Shown here: piece after piece, positions 26,630 to 40,297 of the stretch | Layout of the letters: each line of letters begins with the position of its first letter | Position numbering within the stretch: position 1 is the first letter of the stretch | Assembly (NCBI GenBank): GCA_951406725.2 | Contig: OX597827.1 | Coordinates: 39,308,001-39,372,000 of the forward strand | Direction of reading: 5' to 3' | Length of the DNA: 64,000 nucleotides | From: Octopus vulgaris | Lineage: Eukaryota | Notes under the pieces: model-generated | Database searches by the model: none | What the model saw: only the letters and a program-made list of their open reading frames with translations | Told to the model about the DNA's origin: nothing | Translations under genes and position numbers: made by a program

Positions 26630-27000
26630 TAGATACCTTGTCACCATCATGTTTTCTTTTTTTCTGGCTTGGGTAGCTATGAGTCTCCTTTACAGCAAGA
26701 CACCTGTTCCTCTCATAGATTTTAACCTCTTATTACCTGTCATAAAGGAGTCTTGCCTTGTGAGTTACATGGCAATTTCACTAGAGCTGGTGCCACAAAA
26801 CAAAAGCACCCAGTACTCAGTACAATCTATAAAGTGGTTGGCACTAAAAAGGGCATCTAATCATAGAAACTGCGCCAAAGTAGATATTGGAGCTTGGCAC
26901 AGTCCTTTGGTTTGTTGGTTCCTGTTGAATTGTCCAACCCATGTCAGCATGGAAAATGGACATTCAATGACGATGATGGTGATAATATTGATGATGATGA
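26630..27000 (+). mobile_element. Older family C (RTE-tail) element; homologue at 53350-53760
   Basis: gctggtgccac..aagcacccagtac..aagtggttggca..gggcatc..tccaacccatgtcagcatggaaaa, then (tga)n. Confidence 0.7.
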
Positions 27001-27588
27001 TCCTATACTGTATGCTTCCATAAAATTTCCATCTGCTCAATTTCATTTGCAAGGTTTACATTGACCTGAAACTATAGTAAAAGACATTTGTGTAAGATTC
27101 TATGCAGTGGTATTGAACCTAAGACCTCATGATTCTTAACCATTTGACTATGCCCGATCCATTTCATTGCTATACATATCCTTGCATACATAACATCACA
27201 CAGATGTCTTCCATCTCAACTGTCAGCCTCTTATCATCAGAGAGCGTTTCTAGTCATGCTCTAATAATACTACACTTGTAAACAAAATACTTAACACTGC
27301 CTTCATAAATAGAAACCCAGCAAATGAAAGAACCTCCACGTGGTCAGCCAACATGCTAGAAACAACACCTGAATTTCCTTTAATGCTTATCTTATCATCT
27401 TGAATTAGGAAAGAAAATATGAAATAATGTTGTTTAAAATACTTTTAAAATGATGGAATGGTTAGAGTCTGGAATACATTGATCATCGGTCTGCACAGTC
27501 AGGGTTGACCTAGGGTTAAATAACAACAACAACAATGCAAACAGAGCCTTTGTGGGAGCCCTTAAGAGAAATTGCAGCTTAATCCTCC

Positions 27589-27994
27589 AGTGGCTGTGTG
27601 GTAAATAGCTTGCTTACCAACCACATGGTTCCGGGTTCAGTCCCACTGCGTGGCACCTTGGGCAAGTGTCTTCTACTATAGCCTTGGGATGACCAAAGCC
27701 TTGTGAGTGGACTTGGTAGACGGAAACTGAAAGAAGCCCGTCGTATATATGTCTATGTATATATATATGTGTGTGTGTTTGTGTGTCTGTGTTTGTCCTC
27801 CCAACATTGCTTGACAACTGATGCTGGTGTGTTTACATCCCTGTAACTTAGAGGTTCGGCAAAAGAGACTGATAGAAAAAGTACTAGGCTTACAAAGAAT
27901 AAGTCCTGGGGTCGATTTGCTTGACTAAAGGCGGTGCTCCAGCATGGCCATAGTCAAATGACTGAAGCAAGTAAAAGAGTAAAGAGTAAAGAGT
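27589..27994 (+). mobile_element. SINE family A, near full length
   Basis: Matches family A. Confidence 0.92.
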
Positions 27995-29140
27995 TACCAA
28001 CATAAACAAGAAATGACACATTGGACAATGTTGTCCAAGATATATTTTGTCTGAAAATAAGAATGGAATGGTCATGGGTAGAATGCTATTGATCATAAAC
28101 TTGTTTCTTCAGAGCTAACCTGGGACTAGACAATAATGTCCCAAATGAAGAAGTCTCTAAGCAGTTACTCAACCTGCTAGAAATGGCAGTCAGATCCTCC
28201 CGACTCACACTTTATTGTCTTAGAAAAGGAAGAATAAATTGGCCATTGTAGAACTAGACATAAAAAAAGACTGGGATGCCTTTGATCATAGGCATGTTCT
28301 GTCAGAGCTGACCAGAGGCTAAACACCACCACCACCACCAACAGCAACAAGCTATAAAGAACACAAATTTTCCCTTAATATTCATTTCTACTCTAGGTAC
28401 AAGGCCTGAAATTTTTTTTGTGGGTGGGGGGGCAGTCAATTAGATTGACCCCAGTATGCAATTGGTACTTAATTTATCAACCCCGAAAGGATGAAAGGCA
28501 ACGTCGACCTCGGTGGAATTTGAACTCAGAACGTAAAGACAGAAGAAACACCGCTAGGCATTTTGCCTGGCGTGCTAATGTTTCCACCAGCTCGCCACCT
28601 TAATTTTCCCTTAATATTAGCACAGTCAACATATAATAGCAATGAAACAAAAGCACTCAGAAATATCCCACATCGCTGCTTGAGTAGCTAAAAATAGCAG
28701 TAAAGTTTCCCCTTCAAGCAACACCTTATCTTTAAAAAGGTAAAACACATTGAATTAATGTACTTCTAGATATATAGATTGAAAATATAAAGAGTGGTGG
28801 TCATAGCTAGACTGCATCAATCACATGTCTACTTAATCAGAGCTAACCTGGGGTTAAACAACAACAACAGCAAATTACCACAAATGAAATACCACCTGGA
28901 CAAGGTATTGTTGGTTATCATGGCAAAATCTAAGGCAGCACATACAAAGTCATTTGATCTGCTAGAAATAGAAGCCATATCACCCTTTTATATCACTTGA
29001 TAACTAAAAACAAAATGGAAGGCACATTGCATAATGTAATTTTAGACAAATTAAAAATCTGAATAAAGATAAAATGGTAAAGACTGGAATGTTTTAAATC
29101 ATAGTCTGCTCGATCGGGTAGGACTGACCTGGGGTGTGGA
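27995..29140 (+). mobile_element. Cluster of four co-oriented family D (~200 bp, (AAC)n-tailed) elements
   Basis: Recurring ctgctagaaatagcagcc..ttggataatgtagt..tttgatcatag..gctgacctgggGctaaacaacaac; about 20 more diverged copies lie across the window. Confidence 0.75.
28383..28601 (-). mobile_element. SINE family B monomer with 17-bp TSD
   Basis: TSD aattttcccttaatatt at 28366-28382 and 28602-28618. Confidence 0.92.
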
Positions 29141-29449
29141 TGGGAGAAGCAAACACACAAACACATATGCAGCAGATGAATTTCATATACTGGGTGATTG
29201 AGGATAAACATAAATACAAGCAAAACAAACCCTTTGTTGCGTCAGTTTGACTAGATCTCAGGTATTTTAAAATCAACATTCACACTTCTTTACAAAACAA
29301 ATATTTTGTAAATCTACCCAGACACTAGTAATATGGTTTCATAATAGCATTTTACATTTACTAAGATATTCAATCAATGATATGACCACTAAACATGATA
29401 TATACTTTAATGACAAACTGACCGTTCGTACACAGTCTAGTGATTACAG

Positions 29450-30465
29450 CCCAGTAGCATATGTTTTACTGTTACCAAACACTCCACCCTCTGCATGTCC
29501 ACTACCATATGTTTTATGGTCACCAAATACTTCAATCACTGTATGCCCACTACCATGTGTTTTACAGTTACTAAATACACCAGCCATTATATGTCCACTA
29601 CCATGTTTTATAATCACCAAACATTACAGACACTCCATGTCCACTGACATATGTTTTACAGTCACCAAACATTCAAGCCATAAAATGTCCATGACAATCT
29701 GTTACGATCACCAAACCCTTCAGCCACTCCATGACCACTGCCATATTTTACAGTCACCAAAGTTTCCAGACACTCCATGTCCACTACCATATGTTTTATA
29801 GTCACCAAACACTTCATCCATAAAATGTGCACTACCATATGTTTTATGGTCACCAAACCTCCAGCTGCTCCATGTCCACTACCATATGTTTTACAGTCAC
29901 CAAGCAGTCCAGACACTCCACGCCCACTAACATATGTTTTGCAGTCATCAGACACTCTGGTCATTCTATAACTAATAACCATATGTTTTACAGTTACCAA
30001 GCACTCCAACCATAAAATGTCCATGTCCATCTGTTACAATCACCAAACACTCCTGCCACTCCATATCCATTGATATATATTTTATGGTCATCAAAAACTC
30101 TAGACACTTCTTGTCCACTGCCATATGTTTTACAGTCATCAAAAACTGTAGCTATTCCATGTCCACTACCATATGTTTTACAACCATTGAAGATTCCAGC
30201 CAATATATGACCACTACCATATGTTTTATTGTCACCAAACACTCCAGCCACTCTATTTCCATAACCATATGTTTTACAGTCACCAAAGATTCCAGCCACT
30301 CTATGTCCACTACCATATGTTTTATGGTCACCAAACACTCCATGTCCACATGGTCACCAAATACTCCAGCCACTTCATTTCCATAATCCTATGTATTATA
30401 GTCACCAAAGACTTCAGCCACTCCATGTCCAATACTATCTTTTTCTGCCACAGACACTCCGTCCA
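29450..30465. repeat. 48-bp minisatellite, about 21 diverged units
   Basis: Consensus approximately cactccatgtccactaccatatgttttacagtcaccaaacactccagc. Confidence 0.92.
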
Positions 30466-31169
30466 TCACAAGTCTGGGTTATATGATATATAAATCCGAC
30501 ATAAATATCAAATAATATCAATGTTCTTTTTGATGTTCCATATAGTTTAAGATAAATCATTTATCAATGTCTTGGCTTAGCAGTTCACTGGAGACCTCCT
30601 GCCCACATATTACTCAAGACTGATTGATGTAGACTCCACCTACTTTAATAATTACATTATTTATGTGACATAACATTATCTGCATAGGTGTATATGAATA
30701 TAAGCATATGTAAGTGTGTGCGTATTGCTGACGTGCTAGTGTGGGCATGGTTGTGTGATATATTGACAAACGCTTGTTTTGTGCTATCCATGTATACATA
30801 TATATATCTGTGCTGTGATTGTTGTTGTTATTAAGCCCCAGAGGAACATTGATGAAGCAAACATATGATCAAAGAAGTTGAAGTTGCAGCCATGACCACA
30901 ATGCTCTTTTTGAGATATCTAGGACTACGTTATTTCATGCATTCTTCCTTTTCTAAGGTGGTGTGGTCTTAATTGAGAAAGATTTGGCTGTAATTTCTAG
31001 ATGGTCAAACAATCATACAAAGGCTCCTTATGGGACTGTGTGTGCATGCATGCAGTCATGCATATGTGGTAATGAGATACAGTTCAAATTTATAGAAAAG
31101 CAAAGACAAGACAGGTATAGGAACAACAAGCAAGTGTATTAGTTTGACACTTGGGAAAAATGGGAAAGT

Positions 31170-31205
31170 CTTTTACGTTTTGAACCTATGCTCTTCAACA
31201 GAAAG
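31170..31205 (-). ncRNA. Degenerate minimal hammerhead ribozyme motif (family H2)
   Basis: Minus strand cttt-CTGTTGA-a-gagc-atag-gttc-AAAAC-GTA-aaag: stems I and II pair; two core positions are mutated. Confidence 0.5.
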
Positions 31206-31315
31206 GAATAAGAGAAAATAAACAGAGAGAGAATAAAAAAAATGTGTTGAGTTCAGTGGTCCAACATGGTGAAAGCATATATCAGAAAAGAAGCACACTC
31301 TAAAGAATAAAGCAG

Positions 31316-31450
31316 TAATTTACATTAGTTACATTTGATGGATATTTGTCTTCATCTTGTTTGTTGTTAACACAATGCTTCGGCTGTTATACCCTCCAGC
31401 CTCCATCAGGTGTCTTGGGGAAATTTCGAACCTGAGTTCTCATTCCTAAG
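31316..31450 (-). mobile_element. Fragment of hammerhead-bearing element H1
   Basis: Homologous to both arms of 48818-49299; minus strand gacac-CTGATGG-a-ggctg-gagggtataa-cagcc-GAAGC-ATT-gtgtt at 31369-31414. Confidence 0.75.
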
Positions 31451-32132
31451 ATTCAAATACTTTTTTTTATATTGATTATGTCCTTGAATTGAGCCCCACT
31501 CTATGTTTTATGAGTCCAAGTTGGAGCCTCTATATGATGACTCAACCTACAAGAAGTCTCTCTCAAACCACAACCCTAATGTCTAACAAATATACACATT
31601 GGTTATGTGGTCCTGAATTGATTACACTTGATCATAGGTCTGGGTAGGATCTGGGTTTAAACAACTTATGATTGTGCATATGCAAGCAGACTTGTGTCAT
31701 CATCATCATCATCATCGTTTAACGTCCGTTTTCCATGCTCCAGTCTGATCTGGCAGTGTTTCTACAGCTGGATGCCCTTCCTAACGCCAACCACTCTGTG
31801 AGTATAGTGGGTGCTTTTTACGTGCCACTGGCACAGGTGCCAGGGGAGGTTGGCAACGACCATGATCAGTTGGTGCTTTTTACATGCCAGATAAAAAAAT
31901 AGCAGGCATATATATATAATTTTTGTTTGAAGTTTTGCAGTAAGAAATTATCATTAATGTAATATTCACAATATTTCAGCTGTTGTATACCCTCTAACTT
32001 CCTTCATGCTTATAACAGTGAGCAACATCTTTCAGAAAATCTACCTTGTGAGCATAGTCTCAACTTCCAACAACATGTGTATGTATGTGTGTGTATTTAT
32101 GTATGTATAAGGGTTAAGGCTTTACATTAGAG

Positions 32133-32273
32133 CAGGAATGGGCAACTTTTTTCAAAAAGCTGGCTGCACAAGACATGGCTTGTTAGTAGGTGGACTACAC
32201 TACTAAAACAATATTCAAGCTAATATTTCATAAGGCATGACATTTAGAAAGTCCTGCAGGTTGTCCTTGACTA
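32133..32273. mobile_element. hAT MITE related to 15860-16122
   Basis: caggaatgggcaac start; TSD cattagag/tattagag. Confidence 0.65.
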
Positions 32274-32512
32274 TATTAGAGGCATGTTGCAAAAAAATTC
32301 AAAAGAATTGTTATTCTATACAATATCAGGCTAGTATTCAGAAGCAGGTCTACTCTTTGGGAACATCTTTCACAAACAAAGCCTTCATCAGAAGAGATCA
32401 TAACTAAGAGCTGTATGTATTTCCCGCCCCTGCCACCGTGCAGTCATAGAAATGAATACAAAAGTAGTATCTTTAAGATAAAACCAAAAGAACATTGTAT
32501 AGCTGTAATTTG

Positions 32513-32897
32513 TACTCTTTTATTTGTTTCAATCATGTAACTGTGGCCATGCTGGAGCACCAACTTTAGTCGAGAAAATCGACCCCAGGACTTATTCTTT
32601 GTAAACCTAGTACTTATTCTATCGGTCTCTTTTGCTGAATGTAAACACACCAGCATTGGTTGTCAAGCAATGTTGGGGGGGGGGGGGACAAACATATACA
32701 TGCTCATACATATATATATATAAACATATATACGATGGGATTCTTTCAGTTTCTGTCTACTAAATCCACTCACATGGCTTTGGTCAGCCCGAGGCCATAG
32801 TAGAAGACATTTGCTTAAGGTGCCATGCAGTGGGACTGAACCCAGAACTATGTGGTTCATAAGCAAGCTACTCACCACACAGCCACTCCTATGCCTA
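32513..32897 (-). mobile_element. SINE family A
   Basis: Reverse complement of family A. Confidence 0.9.
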
Positions 32898-33142
32898 GGG
32901 AGACAAAAATCAAGCATGGTTGATTTAAGAAGGGAAAAGGTAAATCATCAACAAGGAAAAACACTGTAAAATGACTAAAAGAATCAATGCATATGCTGGG
33001 CTTTGATAACCTCTTTAGTTGGCCTAACATGGAAATGAACACTATACAGGAGCCTTTCATTAAGAAAGAAAACATTAAACTAACGACCATAAAAAAAAGT
33101 TGGGTTTCAAAGCCCCAAATTTCCATGATCTAATTGTCCAAT

Positions 33143-33364
33143 GGAGGCATATGGCTTAGTGGAAAGGGTGTTGAACTCATAATCATAAGATTATGGTTTC
33201 TATTCCTGGACTGGGTGATGTATTGTGTTCTTGAATAAAACACTTCATTTCACATTGCTCCAGTCCAGTAAGCTGGTAAAAATAAGTAATCCTGCAATGG
33301 ACTGGTGTCCTGTCCAGGGAGGAATATACACACTATGTTGCTTATGGAGCAATGTGGATTAACC
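33143..33364 (+). mobile_element. SINE family R with 12-bp TSD
   Basis: TSD aattgtccaatg at 33132-33143 and 33365-33376; tRNA-like head. Confidence 0.85.
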
Positions 33365-34961
33365 AATTGTCCAATGAGACAATGGGATAGTGATTAGAAG
33401 TATTAATAAAGTGTCATATGTTAAGTGTCATAATTTACATGGTGGGCATAAATTCAGTTCATTTTGGTCATTCTATACATACTCTGAATGAAGTGCATTA
33501 AGTAAGTAACATTACATGTGGAGGAATAATTAATATGAGAATATCCCTGGTATGAGCAAAAGAAGGAGAACGATTTGCTCCCTGTAGTTTTAATAGAAGG
33601 TTCTATTTGAAATTCTGAAGATATTATTGAATACAATGGGCACTAGTAGAAGGCTAAAATATTGCAACAATAACATCCAAAATAAAGATATTAGTATATA
33701 TCAGTGTATAAAAATAAATTATACACATGCACACACACATATGCATATATGCATATTACACATATATGCATATTACACATATACATATAGTTCAAGCCAT
33801 CAAGGTTGTCCCAGTGTGGTAACTTAACTTGGTAGAAATAGCAACTAAATCCTCCTCTCAAATCATTGTTTATCAACAATAATGTAATCCTAGACATGGA
33901 ATGCATAAAAGAATAGTATAATTATGATGGGAAAGTCTTTGGTCATAAGGTCTGCTTACTCAAGTCTGACCTGGGTTAAACAACAATAACAAAATACATG
34001 TGAATGGTTGTGTGGACAAGCTATAAAACTGCCAACCAAGTATTTATGAGTTCATACTTTATTAGTGTTTCAATATGTTTTTGGGAAAGAACATCCCTTC
34101 TATGTGTTCAGTGATGTGTTTAACTGGCATCAGTGAGTATCTGTTTATGTAGTCACTTGACTTTTAGGATAGTGATTCTAGAATGTCGTTTGATCTGATA
34201 ACTATGACAGCTAAATGTCTTTCATCAAAGATCAGACATTTTTTAATATATAGGACATGTAAGCAACCAAAGGAAATTTCCTATGTTAAATAGCCAAAAT
34301 CTTTCTCTGCAATCTCTTCTATATTCCTAACATTTTTCAAACGATGACTACACAAGCAATCAAAGGAGCTTTTATGTTATTTGATCAGTCCAATATAACA
34401 GCTAGTATTCCCTTAAGAAACTCATACTATTTTAAAAATAAGGATCACTCAAGACAGAGAAGGAGCTTTCTTTGTTGCCATCTGACCTACTCAATTTAAC
34501 AACAGGAGTTATTTCAACAAATTCTTCTGTCATTAAACTGGGGACATGCATGTTTTTTTTAAATATCTAAATCATCAGACAACACCCTTCATGATAAACA
34601 CATAAAGGTAAAACAGTCACAACTTTAATGCTAACCAGCCTCACAAATCAATTTGAGTCAGAGATTGGTGTGTCTAGTGTTACGCAATCAATGGAGTCCT
34701 TTTGTGGTATCAAGAGGCTGCACAAAGACGACCTGGTAGTAGTAGAAGGGTGAGAGGCACTCAGCAAATATTGAGAATGTCAAATACAATTGAAACTATT
34801 ATCCTAGTCAGTAACTTAGTGCAGGGAATTCTGTTCTCATTCACTTAATATTTCAAAGCCCTAATGGCTAATCCCATTGTCATGTGACTCACAATCATTA
34901 ACCAATGAAACATGCTGTATGTTACAACTTGCCCAAAAGGCATTTGTGTTAGTAGATACTA

Positions 34962-35005
<44 letters not shown>

Positions 35006-35187
35006 ACTACTACTGATACTGCACTGCTACTGCTACTGTTACTGCTGCTGCTGCTAATGATAATGATGATGGTTCTATAGCCTTCAACTTTTTTAATTTA
35101 AGGTACTTTTTAATCCAATATTTTACATGCTAGTACTTGTAGCTTTATCTGCTTCGAGTACCACAATTATAAACAATTAATATATGT

Positions 35188-35240
<53 letters not shown>

Positions 35241-35241
35241 C

Positions 35242-35282
<41 letters not shown>

Positions 35283-35540
35283 TTGATAGATAGACATGGT
35301 TGAGTAGAAGAAACATTACTTAATTCAAGCATAAATAGAAACTATATTGATGGTGGTGGAGGCGATGGTTTTGTTGGTAGGGTTGTATACGGTGTTAAGA
35401 TTATATCGATGGTTTCAATACCAACATTATTGGTGCTAGAATACAGTCACATTGGTCTATCTGATGGTCATCATGTTGATTATAGGGATGATGTCGGGAG
35501 TGGTGTTACATCTCTACGATAATGACTACAACTATGTTGT

Positions 35541-35571
<31 letters not shown>

Positions 35572-35985
35572 AGTAGCAGCTAATGCATTAGTGATAATGA
35601 TGGTGGAGACAGTGATGCTACAAGTGCCGTCAAGATCGTATTAGTAATCAAGTAGAAATGTTAATGATGCTGATGACGAAGCAACAAACATATGGACACA
35701 TGACACATGTACAAAATGTTCATAGACACCTTTATATATTTATAGAAAAACTCGAAGGCATATTACGTATATACATAATCATGCATCAATACATACATAC
35801 ATACACACATTCATATAATGTTTATGCATGTATGTATGTATACATATATATATATATAAACAAATACATATATATATATATATACATACATATATATATA
35901 CATGCATATACATGTATATATATATATGTATGTACATATATATATATATATGTATTTGTTTATATATATATATATGTATATATAT

Positions 35986-36254
35986 AATAAATAATAAATA
36001 ATAAATGCGCCCTTTTAAAGCCTAGCCAGACTCATGGTCCTGGTTTCCCGGTTTCAATGGCGTATGTGTTCCCCAGCTGGATGGGACGCCAGTCCATTGC
36101 AGCATTACTCGTTTTTGCCAGCTGAGTGGACTGGAGCAACGTGAAATGAAGTGTTTTGCTCAAGAACACAATGCATCACCTGGTCCAGGAATCAAAACCA
36201 CAACCTTACAATCATGATGCTGACACCCTAACCACTAAACCACGCGCCTCCACA
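35986..36254 (-). mobile_element. SINE family R
   Basis: Reverse complement of 58459-58723. Confidence 0.9.
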
Positions 36255-36457
36255 TATATATATGAGAGATTATGTAAATGACTAGGGAACATAAAATTAT
36301 GTAACAAACTTCAGAGTTAATGAAGTTCATTCCATTATTCCTTGTTCCTTTGCCATCTATGTAGTCTCTTATTACACTCTGTACTCACCTAACACTTTTT
36401 TCTGAAACATATGTTCTAACACCTGGTTATTAGTATCACCATGCCTAAGCGAAATAT

Positions 36458-36506
<49 letters not shown>

Positions 36507-37636
36507 CATACATGCATAACAGATAGATGCACATATGCCAACAAAATGCAATTTTAGTTCTTTCATTATTGAGAGTGCACAATTCAATGGGTAGTTGGTG
36601 CTATGACTTGTATCTAAGACAATTAAATAAGTAGCAATGAAGCACTTTAATATACAAAATTAAGAAAATATGGAAGTGTCAATACAAGTGACCTTGTGGG
36701 GCATCTAGATGCTTCGGCAGCTGTTCACCTTGTCAGCTGCTGTTGAACTAAAGATAGCTATGTCACCACAGAACATATATATATATATATATATATATGT
36801 ATCACTTCTTGACATGATGAGTAGTTGCAATATAAACTGAGCACAAATGGTCAATAGAATGTTGTTGCCTTACATATTAACAGGAAATAATAGCTATCTT
36901 GGAAAGGTAGTGAGAAATGCACATATGCACATGCATGCATATAAATGCACACATACACACACACACACACACATACACATTTATATACATATCTATCTGT
37001 CTGACCCATGAAAGCATCAAAAATTGGAAGTGGAAACTATGATAATGGTGATAATGATGATGATCACACACATACACACATTGTATATTATACCATGTGC
37101 ATATATTTAAAGCTTGTTTTTATGTAAAGTTAGATAAAAAACAGTTGATCATTAAATTGAAGACTCACTCAATATTCTTTAGGAGTGTGTTATATCTAAT
37201 ATTTTTTTTTGCAAGATGAATGTTGTCAGGGACCGCAGAGTTGTGGCTTCCTTGCCATCATCAGACAGACTGACAATGGCAAATAGGCTGAAATTTTGAA
37301 GTCACTGCGAACCTTTTGCTTGTAGCCTTATGGTTAGGGTATCAGGCTCACTGTAACAATGTTATGGGTTCAATTTCTGAAGTGGGTAGCACTTCATGTA
37401 CTTGAGCAAGGTACTTCATTTCACATTGCTTCAGTTTAGCTCAGCTGAAAATGAGCACCAGCCGAACTGCTGATGTAGCCCTACCCTCCTGCTTCCTGCT
37501 GTCAGACCCTTGATGTTTCATCATGTCAAGTGTAAGAAACCTTGGGCTACTCTCTTCTACTATAGCAACTCCATGCTGGCCAAAACCTTGTGAGCAGATT
37601 TCTTTTATCGAAACTGAAACCCATGGCATATGTATA

Positions 37637-37672
<36 letters not shown>

Positions 37673-38561
37673 TGTGTTTGTGTGTGTATGTGTGTGTATA
37701 TATATATATATGCATATGTGTGTGTGTGTGTGTATGTGTAGTCTTGTCAAGATATCATGTGATGATTATAAATAAGCATCATCATCATACAAGTTGTTTG
37801 TTTCCAGAAAGACCTATCTGTCAATTAGAAACTATTACCTTGCCTGGAAACAGTTGAGGATTGGTGAGAGGAATGGCATCTGGCCATAGAAAATTTGCCT
37901 CAATGAATTCCATCTAACTCATGCAAGCATGAAAAAGTGGACGTGAAGTGATGATGATGATGATGATGATGAAGATGACGAGGGCATACATATATTTATA
38001 TATATTAATGTATGTATATATACACATATATATATTTAACTTTGACAAATAATTTCCCATTACAATCCACATGTCCAAATTTGATTACACTGTAACTTGA
38101 ACATATGTCTTTGAATCAGTTTTAGGTGGAGAGAAATTGTAGAGATAGAATCTGTTCTGTTATTGTGATACACAAGAGAAGTCTGGTCACCCATGGCATA
38201 ACTTTTCTGCCCTTGTATTAAAGGTATTAAAGGAATAAGGGTCTACAGGGTCAAATGTGTAAATAGTTTCAGTGATGATTGAAATATACACACACATACA
38301 CACAAGTATATATTTAAATATATATGTACATATAATATATATATAAGGTGTATGTTATGCCCAAATGTCCATAGACATTTGGATATGTATTGATATACAT
38401 ATCACCATCTTTTTTATGTCTGCTTTCCATACTGGTATGTGTTAGATGCATCTTTTGAGGCAATATTTCTCAGATGGATTCCCTTGTTGCCAGCTATTTT
38501 GGTTATCTTTCACAATATCCGGGACACAATGTATATACTCTAATAGTAGGATACACAACAA

Positions 38562-38612
<51 letters not shown>

Positions 38613-38636
38613 TATATGTACATATGTGTGTGTGTA

Positions 38637-38824
38637 TACCTATTTCTTTACTACCCACAAGGGGCTAAACACAGAGAGGACAAACAAGGACAGACAAACG
38701 GATGAAGTCGATTAAATCGACCCCAGTGCGTAACTGGTACTTATTTAATCGACCCCGAAAGGATGAAAGGCAAAGTCAGCCTCTGCGGAATTTGAACTCA
38801 GAACGTAGCGGCAGGCGAAATACC
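38637..38824 (-). mobile_element. SINE family B internal module without tRNA 5' half
   Basis: Minus strand runs from ggtatttcg to aaagaaataggt, which is one dimer module plus the start of the next. Confidence 0.85.
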
Positions 38825-38874
38825 ATCATCATTTTGACATCTATTTATCCATACTTGTATAAACCACATGAAAT

Positions 38875-39230
38875 TAGTCGAGACATTATATATATAAGAT
38901 ATATGTTCTGGAAAGTCAAGCATCTGATTTTGGGATTGCAAACTAACTATACAAATCACTAGACTGGATGGATGATTCTGCAGAATACCACACACTCCAC
39001 CTGGTCCATCCAGAGTAAGGACCTAATACTGTAACAGCTTAGGGTTCAAAGGTCCAAAATTTGTTAAGACCTTGCCAAGAGTCCTCAGAGAACTACAAAG
39101 AGTAGCTGTAGATGTGTTCAAAGGAAATTTAAACAAATTATATATGATATACCAGATGAAACAATATCACAGCTAGAAATGCAAAGGAGGGCAGCTCTAT
39201 CCAGCTCACTACTTCACCAAGACCGGTTCT
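38875..39230 (+). mobile_element. Degraded CR1-like LINE ORF2 C-terminus (second family)
   Basis: YCNSLGFKGPK..TLPRVLRELQRVAVDVFKGNLNK..IPDE..RRAALSSSLLHQ resembles invertebrate CR1-type ends (GPRLFNxLP..FKxxLD..PDEP..AAxSNSL). Confidence 0.75.
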
Positions 39231-39693
39231 AGAAACAGGACCAGGAAATGAGTTTAAAATAAACTAGAATTAATGCCAGTCTCTGACTGAAGTCAACTAT
39301 AAAATTTAAATATATATATTCACTTAGATTGATAACAGTGATGGTAATAAGAATATTAGCACTAAGATATAAGAAGGTAAAAATCTCACATACTTGCATC
39401 ATGTAATGTTGATGGAATTAACTCAAGATGGCCAGAATGTTATTTCATAATTCTGTTTTCTCTATTTTTTGTTTTTCCAATACATGCGTAGTTTTCGTAT
39501 GAGTGTGTATTTTTACTCCTAAATCTATACACTAAAACAACCATGTGTCACCATTAAAATATATACTTCTACATACATGCTTATAGACATCTGTGTGTGT
39601 GTGTGAGTGTGTATGTGCGTGTGTGTATGTGTGTGTGTGTGTGTGTGAGTGTGTGTGTGTGTATATATATATTTATATATACGCACACACATG

Positions 39694-39739
<46 letters not shown>

Positions 39740-40297
39740 CTCTTTCTGATTTTTCTAAGAATTTTCATTCTGTTGTTGGTGTTGCGTTGGAACACCTATA
39801 TTGTCCAGGATTCTGTGCTTTTGAGATTTTGATCAACAGAATTTTAATGCAAATTAAGAAATCTGTTTTGTTTTAGTGTCCTTTTACATAACAAATGATT
39901 TTATTTTTTTAGTTTATTTTGAAATTGTTGTTCTATATCTATGTCTTCTAATTATAAAAAAAAAAGGATAATTTCATTAAATTAATTTTTGTTTGTATTA
40001 ATTTTGTATGTCTTGTTTTGTCTTTTATCATTTTTGCAATTTATTATTAATATTTCGGGGGAGAGGACTGAAGGGGGTTAATTTTGTTCTTATTTTATTC
40101 CATCTCATTGCAATTACGTTGCTTTTTTTATCATTTCCCAAATTATCTCCGTCGGTTTTGTTCTAAGACATTGAATCTAGATAGGTTAGGATAGGTGAGG
40201 CAAAAAATAAAAAATTAATTAAAAAAAAAATGAAGCAATGTGGGTGGAGTGCAAGGGTTAGAGGTGAGATGTAGAAAAGACAGAAATTGAAATATCT

